From NCBI GenBank assembly GCA_002269645.1, contig NIVC01000282.1:248001-312000 (forward strand): 64,000 nt of DNA, written 5' to 3'. The stretch comes from Macrostomum lignano (taxonomy: Eukaryota). The position numbers and the translations under genes are program-made. Of the stretch, positions 24,869 to 40,580 are shown in pieces; positions within the stretch are counted from its first letter, which is position 1; each line of letters begins with the position of its first letter. The notes under the pieces are model-generated. The model did no database searches, was not told the origin of the DNA, and saw only the letters and a program-made list of their open reading frames with translations.

Positions 24869-25781
24869 TAACATTATACATGTATAACTAGCTATTTGAC
24901 AGAATAGATTTCCGGTTCATTAGGTGCCCGTGAGGATGTGGTTGAGTAACGGGAGTTGAATAATGTTCAAGTAAGGCTGAGGGAGGCTAGGGATCACGGA
25001 CTGGAGCGGGAAATCCCTGTAAATGTGTTTCAACGAACTGCCCCTGTATGTATCTAATGTTACATTTACATCCCGCGATCGATTGTCTGGTGGATTGAAA
25101 CCCGGAATGGGCCGGTTGGCATGTCACACGTAGTCGAGGAAGCAAAGTGGCGGTCAGTGAGTCAATAGTACTTGTACGTTACTGTATCTCTAGCTGCTCT
25201 TCAGCGACCAGCTACTTGTAGGTGCTCAGGAGTAGTATGGCTCAACCAGCAGGGGGTGCGGCCGCCTCCCAGCTCCCCCTTCGTTGCGGCCCCTGGGGCC
25301 CATGCAGAGCCCTTCGATCGCCAGTCGCCCTCTTTGTAGCGTTTCTGAGTCTGCTTAAGGCCTTTGGGAGGTGCGGCTGAATTGTTGGCGAACAGGACGG
25401 GGCCTGCATGGTGTTGAGTTTCAACCGATTGGACCAGAGCTTGGATATGACAAACTTGGATCGCTTCGTCGCCTGCTGTACGGCGATCTTGTCGAGGTGA
25501 TTGCTATTATATGGCCATACATCAAGGACATCGTAGTGTAGGTGACTTTAAAGTGGAGGTCCTGCAGCCTTGTACACGTGGGTGCAATAAGCATGAAAAG
25601 ATTGCGATTTGTAACCCGGCCCCGCCTAAAACTGCTGGAACAAAGCTTTTGGAACTTTATTTTAACGTTCATATTAATTATAATTTGTTTTGTCAACTGG
25701 TACAGGCGATTTATTTGCCAGTTCCTTACATTTAAAAACAGGACAGTTTTAGCAATAATAATTGATGCAAAAATCCTTTAA

Positions 25782-27564
25782 CCTTAAGAAGTCGGGAAGG
25801 TCGTTTTCGACCACTTACAACTCCCCAGCGCAGTCGGTTCAAAATATCTATGGCCAGCGCACAAATTCTCTACCCACCGTTCCAGTCGGCTATGGGTCGA
25901 ACTCGAACAAAAAAGCTTTTTGCAGCCCATTTGGGCTTACGCGCATTGAATTTAATCCAAGATATGTTTGTCAAAGTAATGGAGCTTTTGTCTATGGTAG
26001 CAAGGCTGGCGCAGCGGCATTTAATTTGGTCCAACAAGCATCAATTTGGTCATTTAGTTCATTTGCAGCTCAGTCCCAGAATTGTGGACCATATGCTAGG
26101 CTGTTGAACGAATGTCATTGGCTTGTGATCGAAGCACTCGACGGAGGTAAACACCCAAAGGACATTGCAAGGTTGCTGAATGTAAAAGAAAAGGTGGTTT
26201 ACAGCATCCAGCAGCGCGTTGAAACTCTGCCGGCAGAGATTGCCTGCGAAAGGGTGGCAATCGCCAAGGAAAGTTTCTCGAGAGCCTCAGGTCCAACTGC
26301 TACTCGATGCAGCTGAGACAAACCCTTTGTTGACGTTGCCGAAATGCAGCAGAAGTTGAGGGAACAGCTCCAGTTGGTTATCAGATTTTGACTATCAGCA
26401 GAGCTCTGGAAAAGCAACTGAAAATTGCTGGTAGAGACGCTGACATTCCAGCGGTGCGCAACAACCTGCAGACGGTTGAGAGAAGGCAAGAGTTTGTCCA
26501 ATGGCTCACGAGTGTTTGGACCAAATGGATGCTTTTTGGACCAAATTAAATGCCGCTGCGCCAGCCTTTCTACCATAGACAAAAGCTCCGTTACATTGGC
26601 AAACGTATCTTGGATTAAATTAAATGCGCGTAAGCCCAAATGGGCTGCAAAATGCTATAATAGAAGTAAAGCAAACAAACTTTGCAAAGATGGCTCGTAT
26701 TAACAGTAACAACAGTAACAAACCAGCAAACATAGCGGGAAAGTTTCATTCATGATACTATTAAACCGATCGCGAGAAAGGCAGAAAGGCTGGTTCAGAT
26801 GGGATGTGGTAGAACAAATCTTTCGACTAGTAACTGTTCAATTCAGGCTTCTTGTTAAGTCCCATGTAGAGCACAATGTCCACAAACTTCCGAATTTTAT
26901 TTGGGCTACAGTCTTTCCACTGACATACCCTGGGCGGCACATCCGGCTCTTCCTGCACATTCATGTACTCCTTCCAAGCTCTCGCATTTGTCCAATCCGA
27001 AAGAAGCTGAAATATGTTACCTGTCAAGAACTTCTTGACGAAGAAAGATTCATTATCATCGGCTTGATCCGGCAGATTCCAGGATGGATTGCAGCCAGTT
27101 GTTCCCAGAAATTCGGGACATTGATCCGGTCGTTCGTCGTCATGCTCCGATACAATGTTCCAGGCTTCATGTTGTTCCAAAATTTCGTCTTCTTGCTCCA
27201 AATTGGCCTCATCCTCGGAGTCCGAGTCAGCGCTGTCGTTGATTTCAGACTCGTCGGTGTCGGAATCAAGACCGAGTCTGCGTTTTGCAGCCAGTAAAGC
27301 CTGCCTGGGTAGAGGTCTTCTCGAAGCCATGCCTTTTGGAACACTTTGGGAATGTTGCGGATTAATATAAAGCACTTCTGTCTGTGACAGAAAGTTCTAA
27401 ACTCACAGAGGACACAGACATACATCTATGTATAAAATATTTCACTCTGTGGTCTTTCCGACTGGAATGGGAATGCAGGGTCTGAGCAGAAAGAAAGTGT
27501 CTATGGCCCGATTTCGACCCATCCGACTGAAAAGGAGAGTGACATCTTCATCGTCTTGAAGAGG
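25782..27564 (-). mobile_element. Defective piggyBac element (TTAA TSDs, N-terminal transposase pseudogene)
   Basis: TTAA at 25778-25781 and 27565-27568, flanking degenerate TIRs starting CCT. Shared subterminal CAGTCGG(CT)ATGGGTCGAA motifs. Transposase remnant 27330-~26760: acidic N-terminus, FFVKKFL...WTNARA, WKDCSPNKIRKFVDIVLYMGLNKKPELNSY*, with the conserved Trp codon mutated to TAG. Confidence 0.82.
25915..26655 (+). mobile_element. Tc1/IS630-like non-autonomous element nested in the piggyBac
   Basis: ~135-bp inverted repeats (25915-26051 / 26519-26655). The interior encodes IEALDGGKHPKDIARLLNVKEKVVYSIQQR and, after a frameshift, GGxxRKLSR...LLLDAAETNPLLTL, typical DNA-binding HTH domains. 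The TSD is unclear (TA on the right side only). Confidence 0.7.
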
Positions 27565-28531
27565 TTAAAGTACATTTTCAAATTCGCTGTGTGTGAGTGC
27601 TTAATTAAAAACCTTTACATGGCTAAACTTTTGTGGCAAAAAATTGTGTTGTCTAAAAATCAACCAGCACAAACTTTGCTCTCTGCGTCACGGTTACGGC
27701 CGAAGCAGGATGTCAACAACTAAATGTACATATAAGAACTTGTAAAACATCTGAAGACAAAAGACAATTCGCTGTACGGGTCCCATTTTTTGTGTCAGTT
27801 GGGTTTATGCGTGTAATATTTGTGGAACAAAACCTAAATCTCAAATTTTATTTGTTTCGATCGTTTTTGTAAGTCGCTCAGCTGTTTTTACAAATCTATC
27901 GCTTGAGCTTTTGCATGCAACTGTTGAGTTTTAAATAGACATGTTCCGGAAATCCCTGTAATTGGTAAATTGAAAACTCATTAATTTCGCAAAGTTAACT
28001 AGGACTGTTTTTGTTTTAAGCCGACTTTTAAAACATATATGCATTTAAATTTGAGATCGTTTGCTTCATATAATGATCTTAAAAGTCTGTCTTTTAGTAG
28101 AAAATTGTTTTAAACAAGTTGCTGATGTCAATTGAACCAGCCACTCGATTTAACTTGTACACTGTTTTCTATTTTTAGCGCGCCTGCCGTGGTAAACTGA
28201 ACTGAACCGTCTCCTGTACGCACAACATACGTAGGCATAGTTGCATTAATAAATTAATCTTTCGACCTTTTAAACTATTTAGTACGTTGTAATCTAAGCT
28301 CCGTACGCTTTTTTGTCTTGATTTGCGCTCTCGATCATTATTGAATACTGTCTGTAGCGTAAATCAAACAAGCATATTTCCCAGTGTATTGTGTATACAC
28401 TAGTAATAGTTAAAACAGTATTGTTCTTATCTTATTGCTTTTGAAGACCTCAAAACGTCTTGAATAAGCTTCAACACAAGCCCGTGTCTCTACAAAATTT
28501 TCGTTGTACTCGTACCATCTTAGAGCTTCAA

Positions 28532-30976
28532 ATGAGTACCGAGACAGAAATGTAAGTATTCTTGATCTGTGATCTCAACTAAATTCTTGTAAATAATCTT
28601 ATATTTTCATTTTCAGCCAGTAGCAGAAGGCCAAGGCCTACTTGCTAAACTGGGAATGATTCCATTGTTTTTAATTGTGCGTGGTTTATATAGGGTTTTT
28701 AATATGAAGTTGTTAAGCTAAGTCTTGTACTGTACATATCAATATTGATAGGTCTATTGATAATTTGTTATTCTATATTATAACTACTATAGACTGAATA
28801 CATGTATTGACATAAAGTCAAGATATTTACTATTGAATGTGTAAGTGTAATCCTATAAGCTTGATAGAAAGGGGGAATTAATTTCCTTCTTTAAAAAATC
28901 AATGAAGCTTTAAATAACATAAGCCATAAGGATTCTTCATTATAAAATTAATAAATATGACCAATTTTCCAAGTGGTTGCTTATCAATTGCTTTTATATT
29001 GAAAATATGTAAGCATTCTAACTGGCTTTTGTCCATTTTATGTGATTACTTTTTAAGAAGTACACCTGATCTTTATTATATAGTAATAATTTATTTCCAT
29101 TTTAGCAATAAATTGATTTTATAATAAATCTCTTTATTCTCATCTAATATTCAGAACTTCAGAACCACAGGACTCTCAGATGCTGCCTTCATTGTCATCC
29201 AAAGCTTGCACTTATCGCCACCTACTACCATGGCATTGGCGGCCTACAAATAGCTTTGCTCTGGCTTATGCAGAAGAAATTGTCTTGCAGCGTAAGTGTT
29301 GCAACTATTATTGAAAAAGAAAGCACAATTTTGTTTACAAGTACAAGTATTTTCAGTTAGGTAAATGTGGGATTTCATGGATCATAGTCTAGGATTTATA
29401 GATTGGAACTCGACTTGGGATTTATAGGGTTAGTTTTTTGGGGTCTACAGATAGGATTTTTTGGGGGTTAGGGATTTAAGACTTGACTTTGAATTTGCAG
29501 ATTGTGACCTGGGATTATAAATTGGGACCTGGGATTGCAAATTGGGACCTGGGACCTGCGATTGTAGATTGGGACCTGGGATTAAGATATCGCTGCCAGA
29601 GTTGGTAGACATCCGGTTTTCAAATTCTCCCTACAGGCGTTCAAGACTGCGATTTAGAAGCAAAATTTGTCCGCTTACCCGGCGGCGAAGAGATTCGGAC
29701 AGTCCGAGCCACAATCGGCCAGGACGCCGGCTACTTGTCCCGGACGCCCATCGTGCTGCTGCATGGCATGGGCGCTGGTGTCGGCATGTGGTGCAAAAAC
29801 TTCGGCCCGCTGGCCAGGCAGCGCCCAGTCTACGCTGTGGATTTGCTGGGCTTCGGCCGCAGCAGTCGGGTGGCATTTCCGGCCAACCCGGAGCTGTGCG
29901 AATCCGCCTTCGTTCGTTCAATAGAAGAATGGCGCAAAGCCGAGGGACTCAACGAGATCATCCTGCTCGGGCACAGCTTCGGCGGCTATTTGGCTTTTAA
30001 TTACGCGCTTCGACATCCGAATTCGGTTCGAAAGCTGATTTTGGCCGACCCGTGGGGCCTGCTGGAGCGGCCGGACAATCATCAGCCGTCGCGTCGCTGG
30101 ATCGGCGTCCTTGGCAACCTGCTGCACCGGTTTGACCCGCTCGCCGTGGTGCGCGCGGCTGGCCCGTTTGGACCATCGCTGATTCGCCGATTCCGGGGCG
30201 ACATTCAGGTGCGTCGAATCTACCGCTGTCCGAAATCTACCTGTCCAAAATCTACCTGTCCGAAATCTACCTGCCCGAAATCTACCTGTCCGAAATCTAC
30301 CTGTCCGAAATATACCTGTCCAAAATCTACCCTGTCTAAAATTTACCTACCTGTCCGAAGTCTCCCTCCTATTCAAAATTTACATGTCCGAAACCTACCT
30401 GTCCGTAATTCAACTGTCCGAAAACTATCTCTACAAAATTTTCTGTCCGAGACTCACCCCGTCCGAAAATCTCGCCCTTTCCAATAATCTTCCCGTGTCC
30501 GAAACCTCGATATCGCTCTCATTTCTCCATCGCCGCCGCTCTCACAGGCGTACTTTGACGACGATACGGACGACGTGGCCGCGACGGCGGAGGCGGCCAC
30601 CAATCCGGAGTCGGTGGAGCGCGCCCACGACATTCTGGATTACATTTACCACTGCAATGCCCAGCCGGCTAGCGGAGAGACCGGCTTCCGCTACCTGGCC
30701 GCTCCGCTGGGATTCGCCAAGCGCCCCCTCTATCCCCGCCTGCCGCAGCTGGAGCCCCGCCTGCCCGTGTCGCTAATCTACGGCGGCCGGAGCTGGCTGT
30801 TCCGCTACGGACGGCCGGCCGACGCGCCGGATCTGGCGGACGAATTTCGGGAACGACTCGGGCCGCGTCGCGGGCCGGTGACTGTTCGCTGCATGCGCAA
30901 TTGCAATCACCATCTGTACGCCGAGGACTTCAATCAGTTCAATAAGCTGGTGCAAGACGAGAGCCAGGGAGTTTGA
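28532..30976 (+). CDS. ABHD4/5: ABHD4/ABHD5(CGI-58)-like alpha/beta hydrolase, paralog 1 (~385 aa)
   Basis: Exons 28532-28551, 29155-29291, 29637-30208, 30548-30976 join in phase (1158 nt). Motifs PIVLLHGMGAG, VYAVDLLGFGRSSR, GHSFGGY, LILADPWG, YIYHCNAQPASGETGF, HHLYAED. Confidence 0.9.
30228..30475. repeat. 15-bp CCGAAATCTACCTGT repeat decaying 3' (ABHD paralog 1 intron 3)
   Basis: Direct inspection. Confidence 0.85.
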
Positions 30977-31067
30977 CCTTTGTTTGACTGACTTTGCACT
31001 GTTGAGCCAAGTGTGCATTGCTGCGTTGCATTGCGGGTTTGCAATTTTTGCGGGGTTGGTGGCATAG

Positions 31068-33430
31068 AGTGTACATTGGGGTTAGAGGGTTTGGTCTGGA
31101 GCTGGTGTACATTGGGGTTAGAGGGTTTGGTCTGGAGCTGGTGTACATTGGGGTTAGAGGGTTTGGTCTGAAGCTGGTGTACATTAGGGTTAGAGGGTTT
31201 GGTCTGGAGCTGGTGTACATTAGGGTTAGAGGGTTTGGTCTGGAGCTGGTGTACATTGGGGTTAGAGGGTTTGGTCTGGAGCTGGTGTACATTGGGGTTA
31301 GAGGGTTTGGTCTGGAGCTGGTGTACATTGGGGTTAGAGGGTTTGGTCTGAAGCTGGTGTACATTAGGGTTAGAGGGTTTGGTCTGGAGCTGGTGTACAT
31401 TAGGGTTAGAGGGTTTGGTCTGGAGCTGGTGTACATTGGGGTTAGAGGGTTTGGTCTGGAGCTGGTGTACATTGGGGTTAGAGGGTTTGGTCTGGAGCTG
31501 GTGTACATTAGGGTTAGAGGGTTTGGTCTGGAGCTGGTGTACATTAGGGTTAGAGGGTTTGGTCTGGAGCTGGTGTACATTGGGGTTAGAGGGTTTGGTC
31601 TGGAGCTGGTGTACATTAGGGTTAGAGGGTTTGGTCTGGAGCTGGTGTACATTGGGGTTAGAGGGTTTGGTCTGGAGCTGGTGTACATTGGGGTTAGAGG
31701 GTTTGGTCTGGAGCTGGTGTACATTGGGGTTAGAGGGTTTGGTCTGGAGCTGGTGTACATTAGGGTTAGAGGGTTTGGTCTGGAGCTGGTGTACATTAGG
31801 GTTAGAGGGTTTGGTCTGGAGCTGGTGTACATTAGGGTTAGAGGGTTTGGTCTGGAGCTGGTGTACATTGGGGTTAGAGGGTTTGGTCTGGAGCTGGTGT
31901 ACATTGGGGTTAGAGGGTTTGGTCTGGAGCTGGTGTACATTGGGGTTAGAGGGTTTGGTCTGGAGCTGGTGTACATTGGGGTTAGAGGGTTTGGTCTGGA
32001 GCTGGTGTACATTAGGGTTAGAGGGTTTGGTCTGGAGCTGGTGTACATTAGGGTTAGAGGGTTTGGTCTGGAGCTGGTGTACATTAGGGTTAGAGGGTTT
32101 GGTCTGGAGCTGGTGTACATTGGGGTTAGAGGGTTTGGTCTGGAGCTGGTGTACATTGGGGTTAGAGGGTTTGGTCTGGAGCTGGTGTACATTGGGGTTA
32201 GAGGGTTTGGTCTGGAGCTGGTGTACATTGGGGTTAGAGGGTTTGGTCTGGAGCTGGTGTACATTGGGGTTAGAGGGTTTGGTCTGGAGCTGGTGTACAT
32301 TGGGGTTAGAGGGTTTGGTCTGGAGCTGGTGTACATTGGGGTTAGAGGGTTTGGTCTGGAGCTGGTGTACATTAGGGTTAGAGGGTTTGGTCTGGAGCTG
32401 GTGTACATTGGGGTTAGAGGGTTTGGTCTGGAGCTGGTGTACATTGGGGTTAGAGGGTTTGGTCTGGAGCTGGTGTACATTGGGGTTAGAGGGTTTGGTC
32501 TGAAGCTGGTGTACATTAGGGTTAGAGGGTTTGGTCTGGAGCTGGTGTACATTAGGGTTAGAGGGTTTGGTCTGGAGCTGGTGTACATTGGGGTTAGAGG
32601 GTTTGGTCTGGAGCTGGTGTACATTGGGGTTAGAGGGTTTGGTCTGGAGCTGGTGTACATTGGGGTTAGAGGGTTTGGTCTGGAGCTGGTGTACATTGGG
32701 GTTAGAGGGTTTGGTCTGGAGCTGGTGTACATTGGGGTTAGAGGGTTTGGTCTGGAGCTGGTGTACATTGGGGTTAGAGGGTTTGGTCTGGAGCAGGTGT
32801 ACATTGGGGTTAGAGGGTTTGGTCTGGAGCTGGTGTACATTGGGGTTAGAGGGTTCGGTCTGGAGCTGGTATACATTGGGGTTAGAGGGTTTGGTCTGGA
32901 GCTGGTGTACATTGGGGTTAGAGGGTTCGGTCTGGAGCTGGTGTACATTGGGGTTAGAGGGTTTGGTCTGGAGCAGGTGTACATTGGGGTTAGAGGGTTT
33001 GGTCTGAAGCTGGTGTACATTGGGGTTAGAGGGTTCGGTCTGAAGCGAGTGTACATTGGGGTTAGAAGGTTTGGTCCGAAGCGAGTGTACATTGCGGTTA
33101 GAGGTTTCGGTCTGGAGCGAGTGTACATTGGGGTTAGTGGGTTCGGTCTGGAGCTTGTGTACATTGGGTTAGAGGGTTCGGTCTGGAGCGAGTGTACATT
33201 GGGGTTAGAGGGTTCAGTCTGGAGCGAGTGTACATTGGGGTTAGAGGGTTCGGTCTGGAGCTTGTGTACATTGGGGTCAGAGGGTTCGGTCTGGAGCGAG
33301 TGTACATTGCGGTTAGAGCGTTCGGTCTGGAGCGAGTGTACATTGCGGTTAGAGCGTTCGGTCTGGAGCGAGTGTACATTGCGGTTAGAGGGTTTGGTCC
33401 GGAGCGAGTGTACTTTGGGGTTAGATGGTT
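31068..33430. repeat. 36-bp G-rich minisatellite GTGTACATT(G/A)GGGTTAGAGGGTTTGGTCTGGAGCTG, ~65 copies
   Basis: Homogeneous core with degenerate copies at the right end; lies between the ABHD paralogs. Confidence 0.98.
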
Positions 33431-33967
33431 CGAAGCGATCTGAGTCTGCCGGTACACTGTACTGAAAACTGCTATTGAAAATATGTTCAATATTTTTAGT
33501 GTCAGTTTTTCTTTGTTCCTTTTTCGCTGATGCTGCTTTCGTGAAGACGCTATTTTTTTGTCCTGCGCGTTTCGGCAGATCGTATTTTTGTCTCTGGTGC
33601 CTTTGACCTAGCGACGAAAATCGAGAGTGTTTTTCTTTTACAGATAGCAACACGAATAAAATATTAATTTAAATGCTTTATTTGACTGCGCATGTATCCT
33701 CAATAGATTTTCTTTAGGCTTATCGTGCAAAATATTTAATTGCAATGTATTGATAACTGCAAAAACACAATAACTGCATTGTTCTCCCCATCTAAAAGGT
33801 TTCAAACTGTTTTATTATTTGGATAAAAAGGTTACAGACTCGGAATGTTTTATCTGTATCTTGTGTTAGGAAGGTAGCATTGTAAGCTATTAATTTCTGC
33901 TTCAATTGTCATTGCAGCCCTCGATTTAAACAAAGACGAAGAAGTAAATTGGGCTATAAAGACTGCT

Positions 33968-34225
33968 ACGCAACCGGCTATCCAATCTACCCAACCCGCT
34001 ATCCAATCTACGCAACCCGCTATCCAATCTACCCAACCCGCTATCCAATCTACCCAACCCGCTATCCAATCTACCCAACCCGCTATCCAATCTACCCAAC
34101 CCGCTATTTAATCTACCCAACCCGCTATCCAATCTACCCAACCCGCTATCCAATCTACCCAACCCGCTATCCAATCTACCCAACCCGCTATCCAATCTAC
34201 GCAACCCGCTATCCAATCTACGCAA
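33968..34225. repeat. 21-bp minisatellite AACCCGCTATCCAATCTACCC immediately upstream of ABHD paralog 2
   Basis: About 12 copies. Confidence 0.95.
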
Positions 34226-34253
34226 AAATCATCAATCATCAATCATCCGAACG

Positions 34254-37248
<2,995 letters not shown>

Positions 37249-38096
37249 CAGCGCGGGGTGAGCAGTCACTGCCCAGTATCCTGCCCAATGGTGCTTTTAC
37301 AGCCTCGAGAAAAATGCTTTTAATTAAATGTCCAAGACTAGCTCGCGTGAATAATTTACTATAGCAGTCTTTCGTTTGCCTACTTGTAGTAGAAATAGTA
37401 GATAAAAGCAGGCTTTTTATGCGAGTAAGAATTTTAATTAATTGCCAATATAAAGTACCTCAGGCCTACTTATAGTAGACAAATATAGGTGAAGTAGGGA
37501 ATTATGGCCAAGATAAAAAGTAGTACGATGCCTCTACGAGCTTCTTTCAGTGCCGTGTATAGCTGCTATTGGAAGAATTTCACGAGGAGTGAAATTGTGC
37601 GCTTTATTTTTGTTAATTTTTCCATTTCTCAAATTTTGCACTCCGTTCATGGACCGTAGTTTATATTTTCGTTGTTTATATGCTAATTTGCTACTTTGTT
37701 GTTTGATCGAGTAGTAGGCTGATGCGATTTATTTGTTCGAATACGCAAAGTTTTATCTGCGACTTCGTAGATAAATTTAGCGTCTTGAAACTTGAACTGA
37801 CTACTGATATCATATGTAGATTGATTTTATGAATTAAAAAAGGTAGAAGTTTTGGAATTCGTCAACACCTATCAACTAGCATTGCCAATCATACTGATTT
37901 GTATTGATTCCAGTTGCAATAATAAATATGCTCTGGTTTTTCTAATCTTCTTTTAATGCTATTTGAAACAAATAGAAATGTGCAAAATAGATTTTTGCTA
38001 CACTTGATTCTGCAGAACATGATATTGCACGATCAGGATTGAGGTTTTATGTTCAACATTTTTTCACTTTCAATGCTTAAACTTTTTTCTTCTTCG

Positions 38097-38560
38097 GCTT
38101 TCCTTGACCCCCTTGACTTCTCTTGACCCCCCTGACTTCCCCTTGACCCCCTTGACTTCTTTTGACCCCCTTGACTTCCCTTGACCCCCTTGACTTCCCT
38201 TGACCCCCTTGACTTCCTTTGACTTCCCCTGACTTCCCTTGACCCCCCATGACTTCTCTTGACCCCCTTGACTTCCCTTGACCCCCTTGACTTCCCTTGA
38301 CGCCCTTGACTTCCCTTGACCCCCTTGACTTCCCTTGACCCCCTTGACTTCCCTTGAACCCCTTGACTTCCCTTGACGCCCTTGACTTCCCTTGACCCCC
38401 TTGACTTCCCTTGACCCCCTTGACTTCCTTTGACCCCCTTGACTTCCTTTGACTTCCCCTGACTTCCCTTGACCCCCCTTGACTTCTCTTGACCCCCTTG
38501 ACTTCCCTTGACCCCCTTGACTTCCCTTGACCCCCTTGACTTCCCTTGACTTCTCTTGAT
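38097..38560. repeat. ~19-bp pyrimidine-rich CCCCTTGACTTCCCTTGAC minisatellite
   Basis: Direct inspection. Confidence 0.95.
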
Positions 38561-38838
38561 CCCATGAACATGTACAGTAATATTTATACACGTTACTGTT
38601 TTGTGAATTAAATATTGTTTTCCAAACATAAAAGTTTTATTTTGCAAACTAAATGATATCAGGAAACATTATTTGTAACAAGAATAAGCAGTACAGAGTC
38701 ACTTAAAATTTTACACTGCATTTTGTAATCGCTAAACACGCTTTAAGAAAATCTAAACAAAATGTATCTAGCTAGGCTTCAAACTACATACATGTACAAC
38801 AACGAGGCGCCGAACTGCAATAAAGTGGCACAAAACTA

Positions 38839-39403
38839 CAAAGGGTGCTAGCTGGGATAGTGATCGTTTCGGCACTACTTTCTACAACAGCATCTAAATT
38901 GCCTAAAGGAGCAGGCAGTTTAAAGAAAAACTTTCAATGGTCTAGATGAGATGAGATTCTCTAGCACTTTTATTGCTGAGTTATGGCCCATCGCGTGGTG
39001 ATATCTACGGGCATAAATTGCGATTTTCACCAGCTGCTGAAAGATGTTTAAAGCCACTAGGATTGGAAGGTCAGGGGTCAAACGGGGGACACAAACGTTC
39101 TTGAAACATCTCAAGCAAAAGAATCAAATGCCATCACAATCATCGCAATCCTCCTCCTTCATTCCTTCAATGTACTCGCCCTTGACGGCGATCACCTTTG
39201 CCCAATTCTTCGGGAGCTCGTTGATAGCCTGCCAATACACGGAGCGGAATTCCTGCGAGCGAAGCACGCGCATCGCCTCAGCCTCCACTTGCGCGCGGTC
39301 GCTGCCAAGCACTCGACCAGGCATGAGCTGCTACCTTAGGCAATTTAGATGCTGTTGTAGAAAGTAGTGCCCAAACGATCACTATCCCAGCTAGCACCCT
39401 TTG
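38839..39403 (-). mobile_element. Mariner-derived MITE with ~75-bp TIRs and TA TSD, retaining the transposase C-terminus
   Basis: TA|CAAAGGGTGCTAGCTGGGATAGTGATCGTTT(C/G)GGCACTACTTT at both ends (1 mismatch in 45). Minus-strand AINELPKNWAKVIAVKGEYIE matches the mariner C-terminal LPxRWxKxIxxxGxYIE motif. Confidence 0.88.
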
Positions 39404-39409
39404 TACATT

Positions 39410-39790
39410 AAAGTGGCGCCAAACTACAATAAAGTGGCGCCAAACTACAATAATGTGGCGTTTAAAGATGTTTAACTACAATAATGTGGCGTCAGACTAC
39501 AATAATGTGGCGCCAGACTACAATAAAGTGGCGCCGGACTACAATAAAGTTGCGCCGAACTACAATAAAGTGGCGCCAAACTACAATAAAGTGGCGCCAG
39601 ACTACAATAAGTGGCGCCAGACTACAATAATGTGGCGCCGCACTACAATAAAGTGGCGCCAGACTACAATAATGTGGCGCCAGACTACAATAAAGTGGCG
39701 TCAAACTACAATAAAGTGGCGTCAAACTACAAAAAATTGGCGTCAAACTACAAAAAATTGGCGTCAAACTACAATAATGTGGCGCCAAGC
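39410..39790. repeat. 21-bp AAAGTGGCGCCAAACTACAAT minisatellite (left remnant at 38805-38838, split by the mariner MITE)
   Basis: Direct inspection. Confidence 0.92.
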
Positions 39791-39829
39791 TACAGCTGTA
39801 GTTCTATTTCAAAGATGACCTTACTTCTA

Positions 39830-40520
39830 CTTCAGTGTTCCAGGAACTGTACTTCTACTTTAGTGGTCCATGCCAGGAACTGTACTTCTACTTTAGTGGT
39901 CCATGCCAGGAACTTTACTTCTACTTTAGTGGTCCATGCCAGGAACTGTACTTCTACTTTAGTGGTCCATGCCAGGAACTTTACTTCTACTTTAGTGGTC
40001 CATGCCAGGAACTTTACTTCTACTTTAGTGGTCCATGCCAGGAACTGTACTTCTACTTTAGTGGTCCATGCCAGGAACTGTACTTCTACTTTAGTGGTCC
40101 ATGCCAGGAACTGTACTTCTACTTTAGTGGTCCATGCCAGGAACTGTACTTCTACTTTAGTGGTCCATGCCAGGAACTGTACTTCTACTTTAGTGGTCCA
40201 TGCCAGGAACTGTACTTCTACTTTAGTGGTCCATGCCAGGAACTGTACTTCTACTTTAGTGCTCCATGCCAGGAACTGTACTTCTACTTTAGTGGTCCAT
40301 GCCAGGAACTGTACTTCTACTTTAGTGCTCCATGCCAGGAACTGTACTTCTACTTTAGTGGTCCATGCCAGGAACTGTACTTCTACTTTAGTGGTCCATG
40401 CCAGGAACTGTACTTCTACTTTAGTGGTCCATGCCAGGAACTGTACTTCTACTTTAGTGGTCCATGCCAGGAACTGCACTTCTACTTTAGTGGTCCATGC
40501 CAGGAACTGCACTTCTACTT
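39830..40520. repeat. 33-bp TGCCAGGAACTGTACTTCTACTTTAGTGGTCCA minisatellite 3' of the DEG/ENaC stop
   Basis: About 21 copies. Confidence 0.97.
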
Positions 40521-40580
40521 CCGATGCATCCAAGTGGCTTCAACTGTACTTGAACAACCGCAGTCCTTGGCCGGCCGCTG

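Noticed and set aside
25242-25530. Coding-like open stretch on the minus strand (YDVLDVWPYNSNHLDKIAVQQ...)
   Set aside because: No recognisable motif, start codon or splice context; probably a TE remnant.
30939-33653. Very long ORFs (904, 815 and 374 aa)
   Set aside because: Translations of a stop-free 36-bp minisatellite. The same applies to the repeat ORFs at 0.6-2.1, 5.3-7.5, 10-14.8, 34-36.9, 38-44.8, 49.7-51, 55.5-56.6 and 60.5-63.5 kb.
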